Positions 41,163 through 53,744 of a DNA stretch of 64,000 bases are shown one piece after another. The stretch is from assembly GCA_012295275.1 (NCBI GenBank), contig CM022677.1, positions 15,252,001 to 15,316,000 of the forward strand. Reading direction: 5' to 3'. The DNA is from Chrysomallon squamiferum (lineage: Eukaryota > Animalia > Mollusca). The notes beneath the pieces were generated by a model that was given only the letters and a program-made list of their open reading frames with translations, made no database searches and was not told where the DNA came from. Position numbers and translations under genes: made by a program. Positions within the stretch are counted from its first letter, which is position 1, and each line of letters opens with the position of its first letter.

Positions 41163-41751
41163 TCTTAGAGCAGGGCTGTCAAGGGAGTCCACCGCAGGAG
41201 GACAAGAGTTTGAGAAATGCAACTGTGAAGTGAAAAAAAGCTGTCAAACAAAATGTATCAAGAACAATTCAAGATGTTACTCAAGTTTGAACTGCTGTAA
41301 TAAATAGAACACTACTTGTGATTTGTGCATCTGTTACTGGATATTTTTAAAATTTATTATTAAAATTAAAAACCCACACGTTCATCACTTAAATTTTCAA
41401 TATACAATAAGCTTCATTTTAAAGTACCTCTCACATTTAATTATCTGTTATTCATTTACCTTCACCCTAATATATTTATTTAAAAAGGGCACTTACCTGG
41501 AAACCCATCCATATTTCTTCATGTCTACTGGAGTGCTTGTTTACAATAAAAGTTGGTATAAACCTTTAAACCTCTTCTTTTCAGTATCAGTCTGTGATGC
41601 AGATAATAACACATCTCCTCAATTACAGGTCTTCTCACTTCTTCCTTTTTAATAGAAAAATAAAAAAATATATTAATGTTCACGTCTCATTGTGCACTGA
41701 GCTCTTTATAAAGTTAAAAACTGAAATTTAATGTGCTGCTTCCAAAAACTT
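41163..41751 (+). repeat. Duplicate of 53303-55011 with ~1.1 kb internal deletion
   Basis: 41163-41325 matches 53303-53465; 41324-41751 (TGTGCATCTGTTACTGGATAT...GCACTTACCTGGAAACCCATCC...GTGCTGCTTCCAAAAACTTT) matches 54590-55011. Includes a degenerate minus-strand exon ending CCAG|gtaagt. Confidence 0.9.
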
Positions 41752-41792
41752 TAAAAAAGAAGCAAGAACAATATAAAAATAATAATAAAAAC

Positions 41793-41844
<52 letters not shown>

Positions 41845-41987
41845 AAGTTCAGTACAACATATCACTGTGAAAAATGAATATTTTACTTAATTTACTGTTT
41901 CACTTATTAAATATGGGTTTATTTGATATTTTTCATGTGTTCAAGTGGAAAATTCTTCTTATAGCACCATACATTTTCAAACAATGT

Positions 41988-42328
41988 TTCATTGTTTTTG
42001 TGAAACAAAATCAATATTTATATATTTTCTGTTATTGATAATGAAAAATGCATAGATTGTTTAGTGTTAATAATAAATAAATAAATAAATAACAAAATAT
42101 ATATTTTTTAAATTCTTATTTAGTATAATTCCTAATAGCAGCATTCATTTTTAAAAAATAAATTTTCATTGTTTTAGTGAAACAAAATCAATATTTATAT
42201 ATTTTCTGTTACTGATAATGAAAAATACATTACTGATAATGAAAAATGTTACTAATAATAAATAAATAATTAACAAAACAATATATTTTTTTTTTTTTTT
42301 TTTTTTAAATCTTATTTAGTATAATTTC
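41988..42328. repeat. Tandem duplication, ~177 bp x2
   Basis: TTTCATTGTTTT.GTGAAACAAAATCAATATTTATATATTTTCTGTTA.TGATAATGAAAAAT...CTTATTTAGTATAATT occurs at ~41988 and ~42164. Confidence 0.85.
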
Positions 42329-44112
42329 TGTTATTTAAGAAAATGAAAACTGATATAAACATTACAGTCTAAGACTTGCCTAGTTCCAAACCGGATAGTT
42401 CCGTATCGTTATTTCGTTTGATGACTGGCTTGATGTCATAAACATTATTAATAAGTGAATATTTCTTATCAGCGAATTCAATGTTATCTGTTCTTGTTCA
42501 ATAGATTAAAATGTTGGGTTTTTTTTCAGTGTTTTTAGCAGACGCAAAGACACGTGCGAGTCGGAAACGAGTCTCGATTACGACATTAGTTTCAGTTCAT
42601 CCAAAAGAAAAAAGACTATTGGTAATAACATGAACATATTTTTAAAACAGTGTTTAATCTGGCAAATGTTGTCCTAGATTCCAGTGGGAAAATGGATTCT
42701 CAAACAGTAAACTAATTTAATCCTAGGATTAAAGTACTTATACAATTACAAACATTTCCAGTATTGTTGTTTTTCTGCTTTGCAAATTTGACACATTGGA
42801 CAAATGTCTGAAGATGTTATGAGTCAATGCGAGATACAGCAAAGACTCTGAGTATTTCAAAGTCCACACTGTGTGAGAAAGACGAAACATCTCGACGTGA
42901 CCTCCAAGCCAAAGAACAAGAATAATCTGGTTTTTGATGCAGCTACCTAAGTGTGGACAGTGTCAGAAATGTTACACACAACAATGAAATGTACACAGTG
43001 ATATAACCCATTTAGCTATTCTGGTGGAAATCACTACAAAAACTCTGACTATTACTGATCCCTGGCAAAAACTGCAAAGGATCACATGAAATATATGAAA
43101 TAAAAAAATAAATAAAAACCCTATAGCTGCATTATGACATCTTCATTATGAAAATTTGTATGTGTCTTATTAATGCAGTTAAAATATATTTCAGTTCATC
43201 TTACGTGTTAAATTTTCTTATTTCCTGTAAAATATAATTCTCTAGCAAGAATAAATGATACTACTCGAACATAATTTACCTTTTCTTTCCATTATTGACG
43301 TTGCATGCTTTCTTCTCAAACTGTAGGAACTGCTGACAAACACATTCTGACTGGAATCGGTTTCTATGGTTTCTGTTAGTATTACTGATGACATTCAACA
43401 TGAGATAAAATAACAGACTCTTTCAAGCTGATAATTACAGGCAGTGTCTGTAATAAAAGAGTTTCAAAACAAAAATATTACTGATATGGAATTAATTGCA
43501 TAAAATGGTCTTGTTTTTATTATATATGGCAGGCTAACAACTGACATCTCAGAGAATAACTAAAGCTGTTAAAATAATAAATATGATCAGTTACAATGAA
43601 TTAACCAACAGTTAATTAGAAAAATATTTAATAAAATAAAACAACTCAAATCTCTGCAGTGCAAAGAAAATGTAATCACCTCCTTTTACCAACATCACAC
43701 ACCTTAGTGTGAAATATATATCAGTTAATTTCATCTATCAGTATTGTCCTGTACAAAGTCCACTGGTTTGTGTTTGTGTGAGTGGAGGAGATATTGACAG
43801 GTATCTGCTTCTTTCAGTAATAAAAAACAACAACAATATTAAAATATTTATGGAAACAAAGTTTATTTCTCTACCGATTAGAGGCAAAAACATCACACAT
43901 TCTTATGTAGCTGGAAACGAACAATACAGACAGAAACCTACATATACTCTTTATTTCTGTCATAAATATATACAAAGTGATTTAACATTTTATCCATTTT
44001 ATAAAGCAATTAGCACAGACGAAAAAGTCTGAAACGAAAAATAGATCATATATTAAAACATTTCAAACACAATTAGTCTGGCATCACTGTGTCAAAGTGA
44101 TAGGTAGCTGCA

Positions 44113-44152
<40 letters not shown>

Positions 44153-44230
44153 GTTGTGTGTACCTGTTTCTTGATCAATATTGTTCTCTACATATTTGTT
44201 ATAATTACTTTTAATTTTCTTCTTCTTCTT

Positions 44231-44269
<39 letters not shown>

Positions 44270-44504
44270 TTTATTATTATTATTATTATTATTATTATTT
44301 CACATTATAGGTGAAATTTTTGTTTCTTTCTTTATTTGATAAATGACAGAACAAAAATAAATGTTGCTGCTGGGTTGCATTCAAAACTAAATAAAGTAGA
44401 AAATACATGAAATTACAGATATGTGTGTGTTGTTGTTGTTTTAACTATGCTAACACTAGAACCAGGTTAGAAAATTCGATGGCTAATGAAGAGTGAACAG
44501 AAAT

Positions 44505-44591
<87 letters not shown>

Positions 44592-45045
44592 ACTTTTGTA
44601 TGTATATAAATGAACGGGCAAACAGAAAGATAAACATGGATTTTGAAAGTTGTTGTTCATGCAGCAGGCAAGTGAGACAGAGAGACGCAGGTGTTGGGAG
44701 AGTTTGATACAGATAAAAACTTAGACAGACTGACAGATTGTTTGTAGGACAGATAAACAGAAAGCCACATAGGAACATACTGATAGATATAGAAATACCG
44801 AGACAAGCAGATTAATGAGGGGTGTATATATATAATGGTGGTTAGATATACATATGCATGTGTGTGTGTGTGTGTAAGTGTGTATGAAAGATATTTTTTA
44901 TAGAGTGAATATGAAATGATGAACATGTCTGATAGGTTGGTTTGAGTATTTGAGCAACAAACTGTGGAAATATGTGTTTATGAGTTAGAAAGAATCTGTT
45001 TTTTGTGTGGTTTTCTGTGTGTTTTTGAGAGTGCCTATGTGCTGG

Positions 45046-45308
45046 AGATACACAGATAGACAGCTGTGACAACGCAGACTGCGTGGAGCTGTGAAATGTG
45101 TGAACTGTGTTGTAGATACACAGGTAGACAGCTGTGACAACGCAGACTGCGTGGAGCTGTGAAATGTGTGAACTGTGTTGTAGATACACAGGTAGACAGC
45201 TGTGACAACGCAGACTGCGTGTGCTGTGAAATGTGTGAACTGTGTTGTAGATACACAGGTAGACAGCTGTGACAACGCAGACTGCGTGGAGCTGTGAAAT
45301 GTGTGAAT
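45046..45308. repeat. 68-bp minisatellite, about 4 near-identical units
   Basis: Unit AGATACACAGGTAGACAGCTGTGACAACGCAGACTGCGTGGAGCTGTGAAATGTGTGAACTGTGTTGT starting at 45046, 45114, 45182 and 45249. Confidence 0.95.
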
Positions 45309-45364
45309 TGGAACGACCCGGATGTGCGGCTCACGGCGGCTTCTTCTGTGAGTGCGATCCGTGA
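45250..45364 (+). pseudogene. C-type lectin domain C-terminal relic (plus strand)
   Basis: Reads DTQVDSCDNADCVEL*NV / NWND(P) / GCAAHGGFFCECDP*, the C..WND..C....F.CE order of a CTLD, with stops and frameshifts. Confidence 0.6.
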
Positions 45365-45647
45365 TCAGCGAAAATAAATGAAAATAAAAACACAGTTGTT
45401 TCTTCTTATTGTCATTATTTTTTATTATTTTTAGCTTTTTATTATTGTTGTTATTGTTAATATTTTTATTTTATTATTATTGTTATTATTATTGTTGTTA
45501 TTATTATTTTTAGCTTTTTATTATTGTTGTTATTATTCGTGTTATTTTTATTGATATTATTATGGTTATTGTTATTTTTTATTATCATCATCATCATCAT
45601 TATTATTGGTATTATTTTTATTATTATTAGTTTTGTTGTTGTTGTTG

Positions 45648-45704
<57 letters not shown>

Positions 45705-46017
45705 GTTATATTAGTAATAGTAGTAGTATTACTATTATTATTTTTATTATAATTTTCTTTCGTTTCCCTTTCACATAATGCACAGAAAATTGACATAAAA
45801 AGAGAAAATAAAAAATATACACAAACAAAAAAAGATTTAAAAAAACAACAAAAATTTAAAAATTAAAAAAGAAAAATGTTTGAAAATAATAATAGTTACT
45901 CTTAGTGACTCACTTCCTGACTCACTGTGTGACTGACTCAGTGGCTGTCATACTAATACTAATAACAAAAGAAAAGAAACCTCTGGGAGTTTAGCGTTTT
46001 TATTTATTTTTTTATTA

Positions 46018-46380
46018 TTACACTATCCACAATGGTCTGTGATTGTATTCGCATATGAAGCCTGCTCTATCATCACAAGGTCTGTCTTTCCAGAACTGAA
46101 AATTACCTTTCGCAAAAATCTCAAGGCAGTGTTCACGTCGTTGATAATTGCGATCTGTAAAATGACACAAACCTCACAGGTTCAGAACCGCACCTTGACG
46201 TCCATTTGAAAGCGCCTTCCACAGCGAGGTCATTTCCTCCAATCCAATACCGATCGGCTGGAAATACACAATAACAGCAGCAGTAGTAGTTGCTGTTGTT
46301 GTTGTTGTTATGGTGGTAATAGTACAAGTTGTAATTGTTGAGGAGGTAGTAGTTGTAGTCATAGCAGCAGCAGAAGAAGT

Positions 46381-46444
<64 letters not shown>

Positions 46445-46806
46445 TAACTAGAGATTGGGGTAAAACAAATCTTACGTAAAAGCTGTACACCACAACGTAT
46501 CACGTGACCAGCTGTACAACACAACTATTTATCTGACAGCTGTGGTTAAAGAACTAGAGATATAACACTGCATTATCTGCTGAGTGCTTAGGCAGCGGCA
46601 CTGAAACATGAACTGTTTGTGTAGAAATAAATCAGACACTTACTGGCGTGCGAGTTCTTCAGGCGATTGCCAACTTCTCTGTTTTCCTCCTTAGAAGATA
46701 TTATCATCAAATAGGAATTCATAGGTCTGCAATAGTCCTGAATAATAATAATAATAGTCAGAATAGTAATAATAGCAAAAATAATAATAGTAATAATAGT
46801 AATAAT

Positions 46807-46848
<42 letters not shown>

Positions 46849-47295
46849 CATCATCATTATCATAATAATAAAACAGCAGTCATAATCATAATCTAAACAA
46901 CAAAAACAATATTAATTGCAGCAGCATCCTCAGCACATAATAACAACCATAATAACAGCGACAACAGCAACAACAGTAGCATCGCTAAAGAGTAGAAATA
47001 TTAGTACTTCCTGTTAGTATGTCTATTTCTAATCACGTATATGTTTGTTTCTAATCACGATTACGTCTGTTTCTAATCACGAGTACGTATGTTTCTAATC
47101 ACGTGTACGTCTGTTTCTAATCACGTGTACGTCTGTTTCTTATCACGTGTACGTCTGTTTCTAATCATGAGGATATGTGACTAACCGCGGCGTCCATCCA
47201 GCTGAATTTCTGTTTCCTGTCGGAGAACCAGTAACAGTGGCCGTATATCAACACGAAGTTTTCGTTGCACGCGAACATTTCAGAGCCCGACACAT
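46018..47295 (-). pseudogene. C-type lectin (single CTLD, perlucin-like); three exons, frameshift in the last
   Basis: Phase-compatible AG/GT exons: 47186-47295 (DVSGSEMFACNENFVLIYGHCYWFSDRKQKFSWMDAA), 46644-46737 (DYCRPMNSYLMIISSKEENREVGNRLKNSHA) and 46018-46257 (TDRYWIGGNDLAVEGAFKWTSRCGSEPVRFVSFYRSQ /frameshift/ NYQRREHCLEIFAKGNFQFWKDRPCDDRAGFICEYNHRPLWIV*). Canonical CTLD cysteines and the WIG motif are present. Confidence 0.9.
47017..47171. repeat. 22-bp intronic minisatellite, about 7 units
   Basis: Unit TACGTCTGTTTCTAATCACGTG, next to the donor of the 47186-47295 lectin exon. Confidence 0.92.
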
Positions 47296-48318
47296 CTGAA
47301 AAGAAAAATAGCTGAAATAAAGAGTCAGACACACAGACAGAACAATGATGTCGCCAATGGTTACCTACAGAAAGTCCTCTATACGAGTGTGTGTATCTAT
47401 GTCTGTGTGTGCGCGTATATATACATATACATATATCTATCTATCTATCTATCTATCTATCTGTCTATATATATATATATAGATAGATAGATAGGCTCTT
47501 ATTTAATTCACAGGAAATGCAAATGTTCTGTGAAACTGAATAACGAATGCAAAATGTCTGAAAAAGGTGTGAGAAACCCTACAGAAAAAGACGTATATGT
47601 ATATATATATGTATGTATTCTTGAATATGCAACACGAATTTCATAGACGTGTATTTTATTCCAGAAATAATTAAAACATTCTGCTTAAAATGAATTATGA
47701 ATAGAAGACAGCTCGTAGTATGTGCATTGCATTTTCAACACGAAATTTATAAGCGGTTATATTGTTTTAGTACCGAGTTGAAATGCCAAGTGAAAAGGAA
47801 TAATGAAAAAAAAAAAAACAACAAAAGAAAAATATATATGTAATGCTTGGTGTAATGTTAAGAAATTAGACATTTCCAGAGGGCCGTTATATTCTAGTGT
47901 CTGAAGGTGAATAATATATAAGAAATAAATTTTTATATGTGATTTACATTATTTTGTAACGTTAAGAATCTTTATTATTTTAAAAAACAAATGGTTCTTC
48001 TAAACTACGAGATGAGAATTGTTTCTATTTCATCATCACGTTATCATCATCATTATCATCTTCTTTTTCTTCATTATCATCTTCTTCTTCTTCTTCATTA
48101 TCTTTTTCTTCATCATCATCATAATTATTATCAACATCATCTTTGACATCATCATCATCTTCATCATTATTATTCATAATAGTAGCAATAATACAGTAGT
48201 TGTAGCTGTTGCAGTACTAGTAGCTTTAGCAGTTGTTTTAATATAGTAATATTAATAATAGTAGTAGTAGTAACAGCAGTAGGAGTAGTTTTATAATATT
48301 AGTTGTAATAGTGGTAAT

Positions 48319-48419
<101 letters not shown>

Positions 48420-49052
48420 ATGTATATGTGAATTATGTGTGTATGTCTATGTGTTTCAGTATGTGTGTGTGAGTGTGCAGCTTTCTATTTTATTGTGTAT
48501 ATGTGTGTGAGCGTTTCTGTGTGTATATGTTTGTATATGTCTTTATTCTGTAATTTTAAGAATATTTAGTGATAGAAAAATTCACGAGGTAAAATCTTCA
48601 GTGTTATGAAAAGAAACATATTTAATGTTGTCCTTATGTTATTTAATTCATAGAACACGTTAAAATAAGATAAAAACAAATAATAATAAAATGAATTATA
48701 AATATCTTAAACATTCAGACGCTTACATCAGCAGATGGTATTCATGCATTTGCAACGAAAAGAATTCAGTATTATATTGTTTCATAAAATATTCAAAAGC
48801 GTATAAAAACAAAATAAAAGTTTCTTAAAGATTTTGATATGTAAATGAACAGTCCAACAGATGCAGAAGAAAAACAAATATGTGCTTATAGTATTTCAAA
48901 GAAAATAAAAACGCACATTAAAATAAAAATATATATACATAAATGTGTCATAGAGCACAGAAACAGAGGACGGTGAAAATGATTAAAACAGAGCTAACAC
49001 TACGTGCTAAACAATGCGAAATGTAAAGTAAAATAAAATAAATGTTTTAAAC

Positions 49053-49115
49053 CTGAGTAGACATCAAAGAACACATTCTCCGAATGTGCATGACAGAAAC
49101 AGACACAGTATTCAG
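49053..49115 (-). other. Candidate upstream exon of the C-type lectin
   Basis: 63-nt phase 1-1 open segment xEYCVCFCHAHSENVFFDVYS between a pyrimidine-rich ...attag and gttt; in phase with exon 47295. No start or signal-peptide exon identified. Confidence 0.3.
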
Positions 49116-50405
49116 CTAATTCGTAATAAAATAAGACAATAAATACAGAGAGAAAAGAGAAGCAGAAAGGAAAAGAAAAAGAAAGAATGAAAACAGAATA
49201 AAAATAGAAATAATTAATAAAAAAGAAAAAAATTACAAATGTTAATACACTTTGAGAATATAAAATTAAACTATAAGAAAAACTGTTAGTATTTAAATAT
49301 TACCTAATGTAATTTTGAAACTGAACATCGACTTTTTTTAATTAACATTATCAAGATTATTCTTGAAAAGCTGATAACATTCCTTTAGCTGTATCCAATA
49401 TTATACTGACAATTATATGAAATTAGCAACATTTGTTATGATCCAAAACAGAGGTAAACTTAATAAAATATCAATGTAAACAGTGGTACATTTAATAAGA
49501 TAGAACGTAATTTATTCGTATAAGCTGCACAGCTGGTAGTAAATAGAAACATAAATTTGAGCAAACTGAAATTATCTTCAGAAAACTCACAAAAATCTGT
49601 TATTAATCGCTTGCACACTGAGCTGAGAAATTACTCCTTACATCTAGTTTATACGCAAAATGTAGAATTAGCAAAAATAATATAATCTTTTATATTCATT
49701 TCAAAATCTTCACCTTTCCTGTATTTTTTTTATTTTTATTTAAAAAAAAGAAAAAAAGATTCAACATTCATATTTTTAAGTAATTTCAACTTAAAGATCA
49801 TCATGTTTCTTCTAATAAAAAATAACCAGATCATGATTAATACAAATACAATTTTAATTCAGTTAACAGTTTACATTAGAAGTATATTATTATTATTTTA
49901 ATGTTTTATAAAACAATTCGACTTGCCCCTAATTATTTAATCTTCAATTATGTTTACATTGATTACCCCCAGCAAACCCTGTTTTAAATAATATAAAAAA
50001 AGATAAAGAAAGTTTCTTTTTAAGAAAAATAACAAACAATTCTAATTACTCCATTATATAATGTTCAATTATATTAACATTGATTAACCCAGCAAACCCT
50101 TGATTTTCCCCTCATTTAAATAATATAAAGAAAAGATAAGACTTTTTTTTACATATACAAAATTCTAATTACCCCTAATTACATAAATTTAAATTTATTT
50201 ACACAATGATTACCCCAGGCAAACCACTGATTTTCCACTGACTTAAATAATATAACAATTAGACCTCTATGCACCATCACATTATTTTTGTTTTTTTTCA
50301 TTTGAGACAGATTTTGTCTTGAAAATGTTGACCTTTCTCTGGTCATGGAAGACTGTGATGTAATAGCATTCTGGTGATCTAGTGAACCTTTTCTGAAAAT
50401 GTGTC

Positions 50406-53201
50406 TTACAACATTTTCAACTGAAGTGCTGGCTGAGGCAGCTTGAACCTGTTGTCTAGGATCCTACAACAAAATATAATATTCATTAATAAACTAAACA
50501 TAAAATAAAGTGCAACTAGCATTTGTTGTCAAGTTAATGAAGAAATAAAATGTGGGTATACTTTTTTTTTTTAATATGTATAATAATAAAAGCAGAAATA
50601 TAGCAAGTCCAGTTAAAATGGAAACACATGAGTGAAAGCTACTAAAACTACAAAAGTAAAGAGCTGCAATCCACACTCCAGACTGAAGCTTGGAATTCCC
50701 TAACCAAACTGATTTACTAAAATCAACCATTACTAAAATACACCACGCCATTAATGTAAATTAAATAACAATAAATCATTTCTAAAACAAATATTTGTAA
50801 GTTCAGTGCTCATTTTCTTTATTTTCAGTAACTTATCAAACCATTTCATAAATTCAAATAAAATAATTTTATTTGAGGTAAACATCACATAGCAAGAAGA
50901 AAAATAAAAATATTACTGCAATTCAAAATAATGTACTTGTTTGTAATTGTTACTAATTTTAAACCTAATTGAGTCAAGAGGAAAAAATAAAAAATAAAAC
51001 TAATAATTATGGAACAGAAACCAACAATGGTAAAAAAATAAAAAAATAAAAAATAAAAAATAATAATAAGTATGTCCAAAATATATATATATACTTTTCC
51101 TGGACACTTGATATCTCTATTTTGTGGGATTCCCTGTTACCTAGTGGAGTAAAATAAATAAATAATAAAATGATATGTGTATCATTTAAGTTTTAAATAA
51201 ATAAAAAAAATTGATGTCTTTATTTTTAATTTTAAATTTTCATTATTATTATTATTATTTTTTTTTTTTATGAAGATAAAAACAGAAAATTCTTTTAGAA
51301 ATGACTCACCAATATCAGTGTCCTGTAAATGCTCAAAGTGGTCCTCTTAAACTAAATGAACATCATAATCCACATTCTCCGACAGGAACAGGGCATCATC
51401 ATGTGATTTCCACTGAAAACTTCAACAAAAACATTGATAAAAGACAAATATTTTACATTATTCAAATAGTTGTAAATTCTGTAAATAAAATAGTGAAATA
51501 AATAGTGTTCATCAGTCTGATGAGATATTCTTCAGGCTGAAAGTTAACATAAGTTAATGTATTAGGAAAGGAAAGACGTGTAAAAGAATTAAATCAAAAT
51601 ATTGATAACTAGAACAGTATGTTTACATTGTAAAAAGATGCTTTACAGAAAAATATTAAATCAACTGGAATGGTAAAGTACATTATATTTGTTATTTTAA
51701 TAAATACTTACTTCAAGCTGGTCACTAATGCTAAAATAGATGAAATCTAAAATAAAGAAAAAATATTTTATTTGAGAACATACACAGCATGTTTTTGTTT
51801 TTTACTATTTTTAATATTTAAAAGGAACTAACTACACAGATAATGAAAAAGAAACCCTGTTTCTAAAATATGAAGTGACACCCTTTTAAATAAGCAACCA
51901 AATTTTTTGTTTTAAGATGTATCAGGCATGGATCTTCAGCTAGATTGTTAAATAACCTTATACCAGTCTGTGTAGCAGATCCACATGTTGCAGACCAGGC
52001 ACCATAAACAAAAGCACTAAAAATATATACATTATAACTTCAGAATTGTGCTGTCTAATGGTTTACTATTGTTATTATCAATAAACCTAATGTAATTCAT
52101 TGGCCTTAAAGTTCCACCAAATCATTAACAACTGAATTTTAGAGAAATCATTAAATAAATATTTTATTATTTGAGTCATTTTTCACTTTTATAGGTAGAG
52201 AAGTAATTTTATTCCTGAGATTATTTAGTGACAACACCTTTTCTCACAAACTAGAGATTGTTATTTATTGTCATCTTAGAATAGATGACTAAATTCTTCA
52301 CAGGAAACAACATGCCTCCATTCGTGCCTGTTCTTTTCTCAGATCTTATTCTAGTGCTTCTACCACATGTTACACTACAACTACCCAGTCTCTGAAGTGA
52401 CCATGCAGACCAAGCACCATCAACTGTAAGCATGAAACTGAAGAATAAATAAACAAAAAAATAAATATATAAATAAATAAGTTTTCAATTGTTCTACTAG
52501 TACAGTATAGTTTGCTGCTGTCAATAAATGAGTTGGTGAGGATGCAATTCCAAGACAGATTATTGATCAGGCATACAAAATTATATGAATTAATGTTATA
52601 ATGATCATGTTATAAGACTGGTTATTGATCAGCTATACAAAATTATCTATTAATTAATGTTATACTGATCATGTTATAAGGCAGGTTATTGATCAAAAGT
52701 AATTAGACCTGAAAGTATTTGTATAAATTGTTTAACAACTATAAAGTGTTTGACAAGAGAAATATATATAATTATTTAAAATTATATTACAAAGTTAATT
52801 TTAAAAATCTCTAATAATGCTCACAGCAGGCACTGGATTGGAAAATGGTTAATAAACAAATACAAAAATAAATAAAAGAAATACATACTTAATTTGTGTG
52901 TGTGTGTGTGTTGTGTTTATGCAAATGTGTACACCAACACACACACAATGAAAACACAAAACACAGAGAGATTCATATATATTACATTTATATATATATA
53001 TATATCACATATCATAAATATTCAGAAGCTTACCTCTATCACTCAGTGCACTGGTACAGCTTTCAGTGATTGTAGTTTGTCTATCTCCACTACACTGACT
53101 TCCACCATTAGCTGGTGTTGGGCTTGTACAAGTTCTTAGTAATGTCACAGTTCTGTAACAGTTTGACTCACTGGTCTGTACATTTTGTCATCCCACATCC
53201 A
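50406..53201 (-). pseudogene. Decayed TSP1-repeat protein gene (TSR exons followed by four small phase-compatible terminal exons)
   Basis: TSR-like exons: 53034-53201 (VDVG*QNV...RTCTSPTPANGGSQCSGD...ESC, gtaagc donor), 52423 to ~52225 (VDGAWSAWSLQRLGSCSVTCGRSTRIR), 51964-52016 (YGAWSATCGSATQT). Terminal exons: 51712-51730 (ISDQLE), 51310-51412 (WKSHDDALFLSENVDYDVHLV*EDHFEHLQDTDI), 51095-51140 (GNRESHKIEISSVQE), 50406-50463 (ILDNRFKLPQPALQLKML*). Confidence 0.72.
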
Positions 53202-53302
53202 CTGAAAACAACAAACAAAAAATATAAATATATATTTCTTCATCAAAATTTATCAAATACAAATGATTTAAATTATCAAACCATTTTTATTATAGTTCAG
53301 TT

Positions 53303-53657
53303 TCTTAGAGCAGGGCTGTCAATGGAGTCCACTGCAGGAGGACAAGCGTTTGTCAAATGCAACTGTGAAGTGAAAAAAAGCTGTCAAACAAAATGTTTCA
53401 AGAACAATTCAAGATGTTACTCAAGTTTGAACTGCTGTCATAAATAGAACACTACTTGTGATTTGTTTCAAAATAGATGTTTTCATGGAACTGGAAATCA
53501 TTCTTTTTCATTCAGTGATTTTGCCTAATGACTATTTCAGTAATTTGGCCTAATTCCTATAAATTTTACTCATTAGGACAAAATCCTGATTGTCTTAGGT
53601 ATGCTAAACATTTCAACCAGTAGGGCAAATCATTAGTTTGACAGATTGACTGTAACA
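53303..53657 (+). mobile_element. Ginger/KRBA2-like relic: transposase C-terminus plus right terminus
   Basis: LRAGLSMESTAGGQAFVKCNCEVKKSCQTKCFKNNSRCYSSLNCCHK*, followed by a ~120-bp terminal region ending ...TAGTTTGACAGATTGACTGTAACA, inverted relative to 40286-40390. Confidence 0.7.
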
Positions 53658-53708
53658 TAAACATTAAATTGACAGCCACTCTTCAAAAAACTCACAACCA
53701 CATTTTCC

Positions 53709-53744
<36 letters not shown>

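Larger units (their letters stand above)
40286..41325 (+). mobile_element. Ginger/KRBA2-like DNA transposon relic: left terminus plus transposase C-terminal fragment
   Basis: Starts TGTTACAATCAATATGTGAAACTAGTCATTTAGCCTAA...CCTAATGAGTAAAATGTCGAGGAATTAGGCCAAATGACTG, an imperfect inverted match to 53537-53657. 41163-41307 encodes SLRAGLSRESTAGGQEFEKCNCEVKKSCQTKCIKNNSRCYSSLNCCNK*, resembling the GGQGF.KC.C...C....C.C......CNSRCH.SL.C.NK tail of KRBA2-like integrase-type transposases. Confidence 0.7.

Noticed and set aside
40990-41307. 105-aa ORF with DQLPPKTKL repeats fused to a Cys-rich tail as a novel peptide or toxin gene
   Set aside because: TTG start and no signal peptide. The Cys-rich part is the transposase tail, also found at 53303 without the repeats, so the fusion looks like a chance juxtaposition.
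45046-45308. CRISPR-like periodicity (68 bp)
   Set aside because: The whole unit is repeated with no variable spacer, the context is eukaryotic and there are no cas genes.
46155-46177. 23-nt GT...AG micro-intron that might repair the lectin frameshift
   Set aside because: Too short for a typical metazoan intron, and removing it does not restore the EHC...FICE frame.
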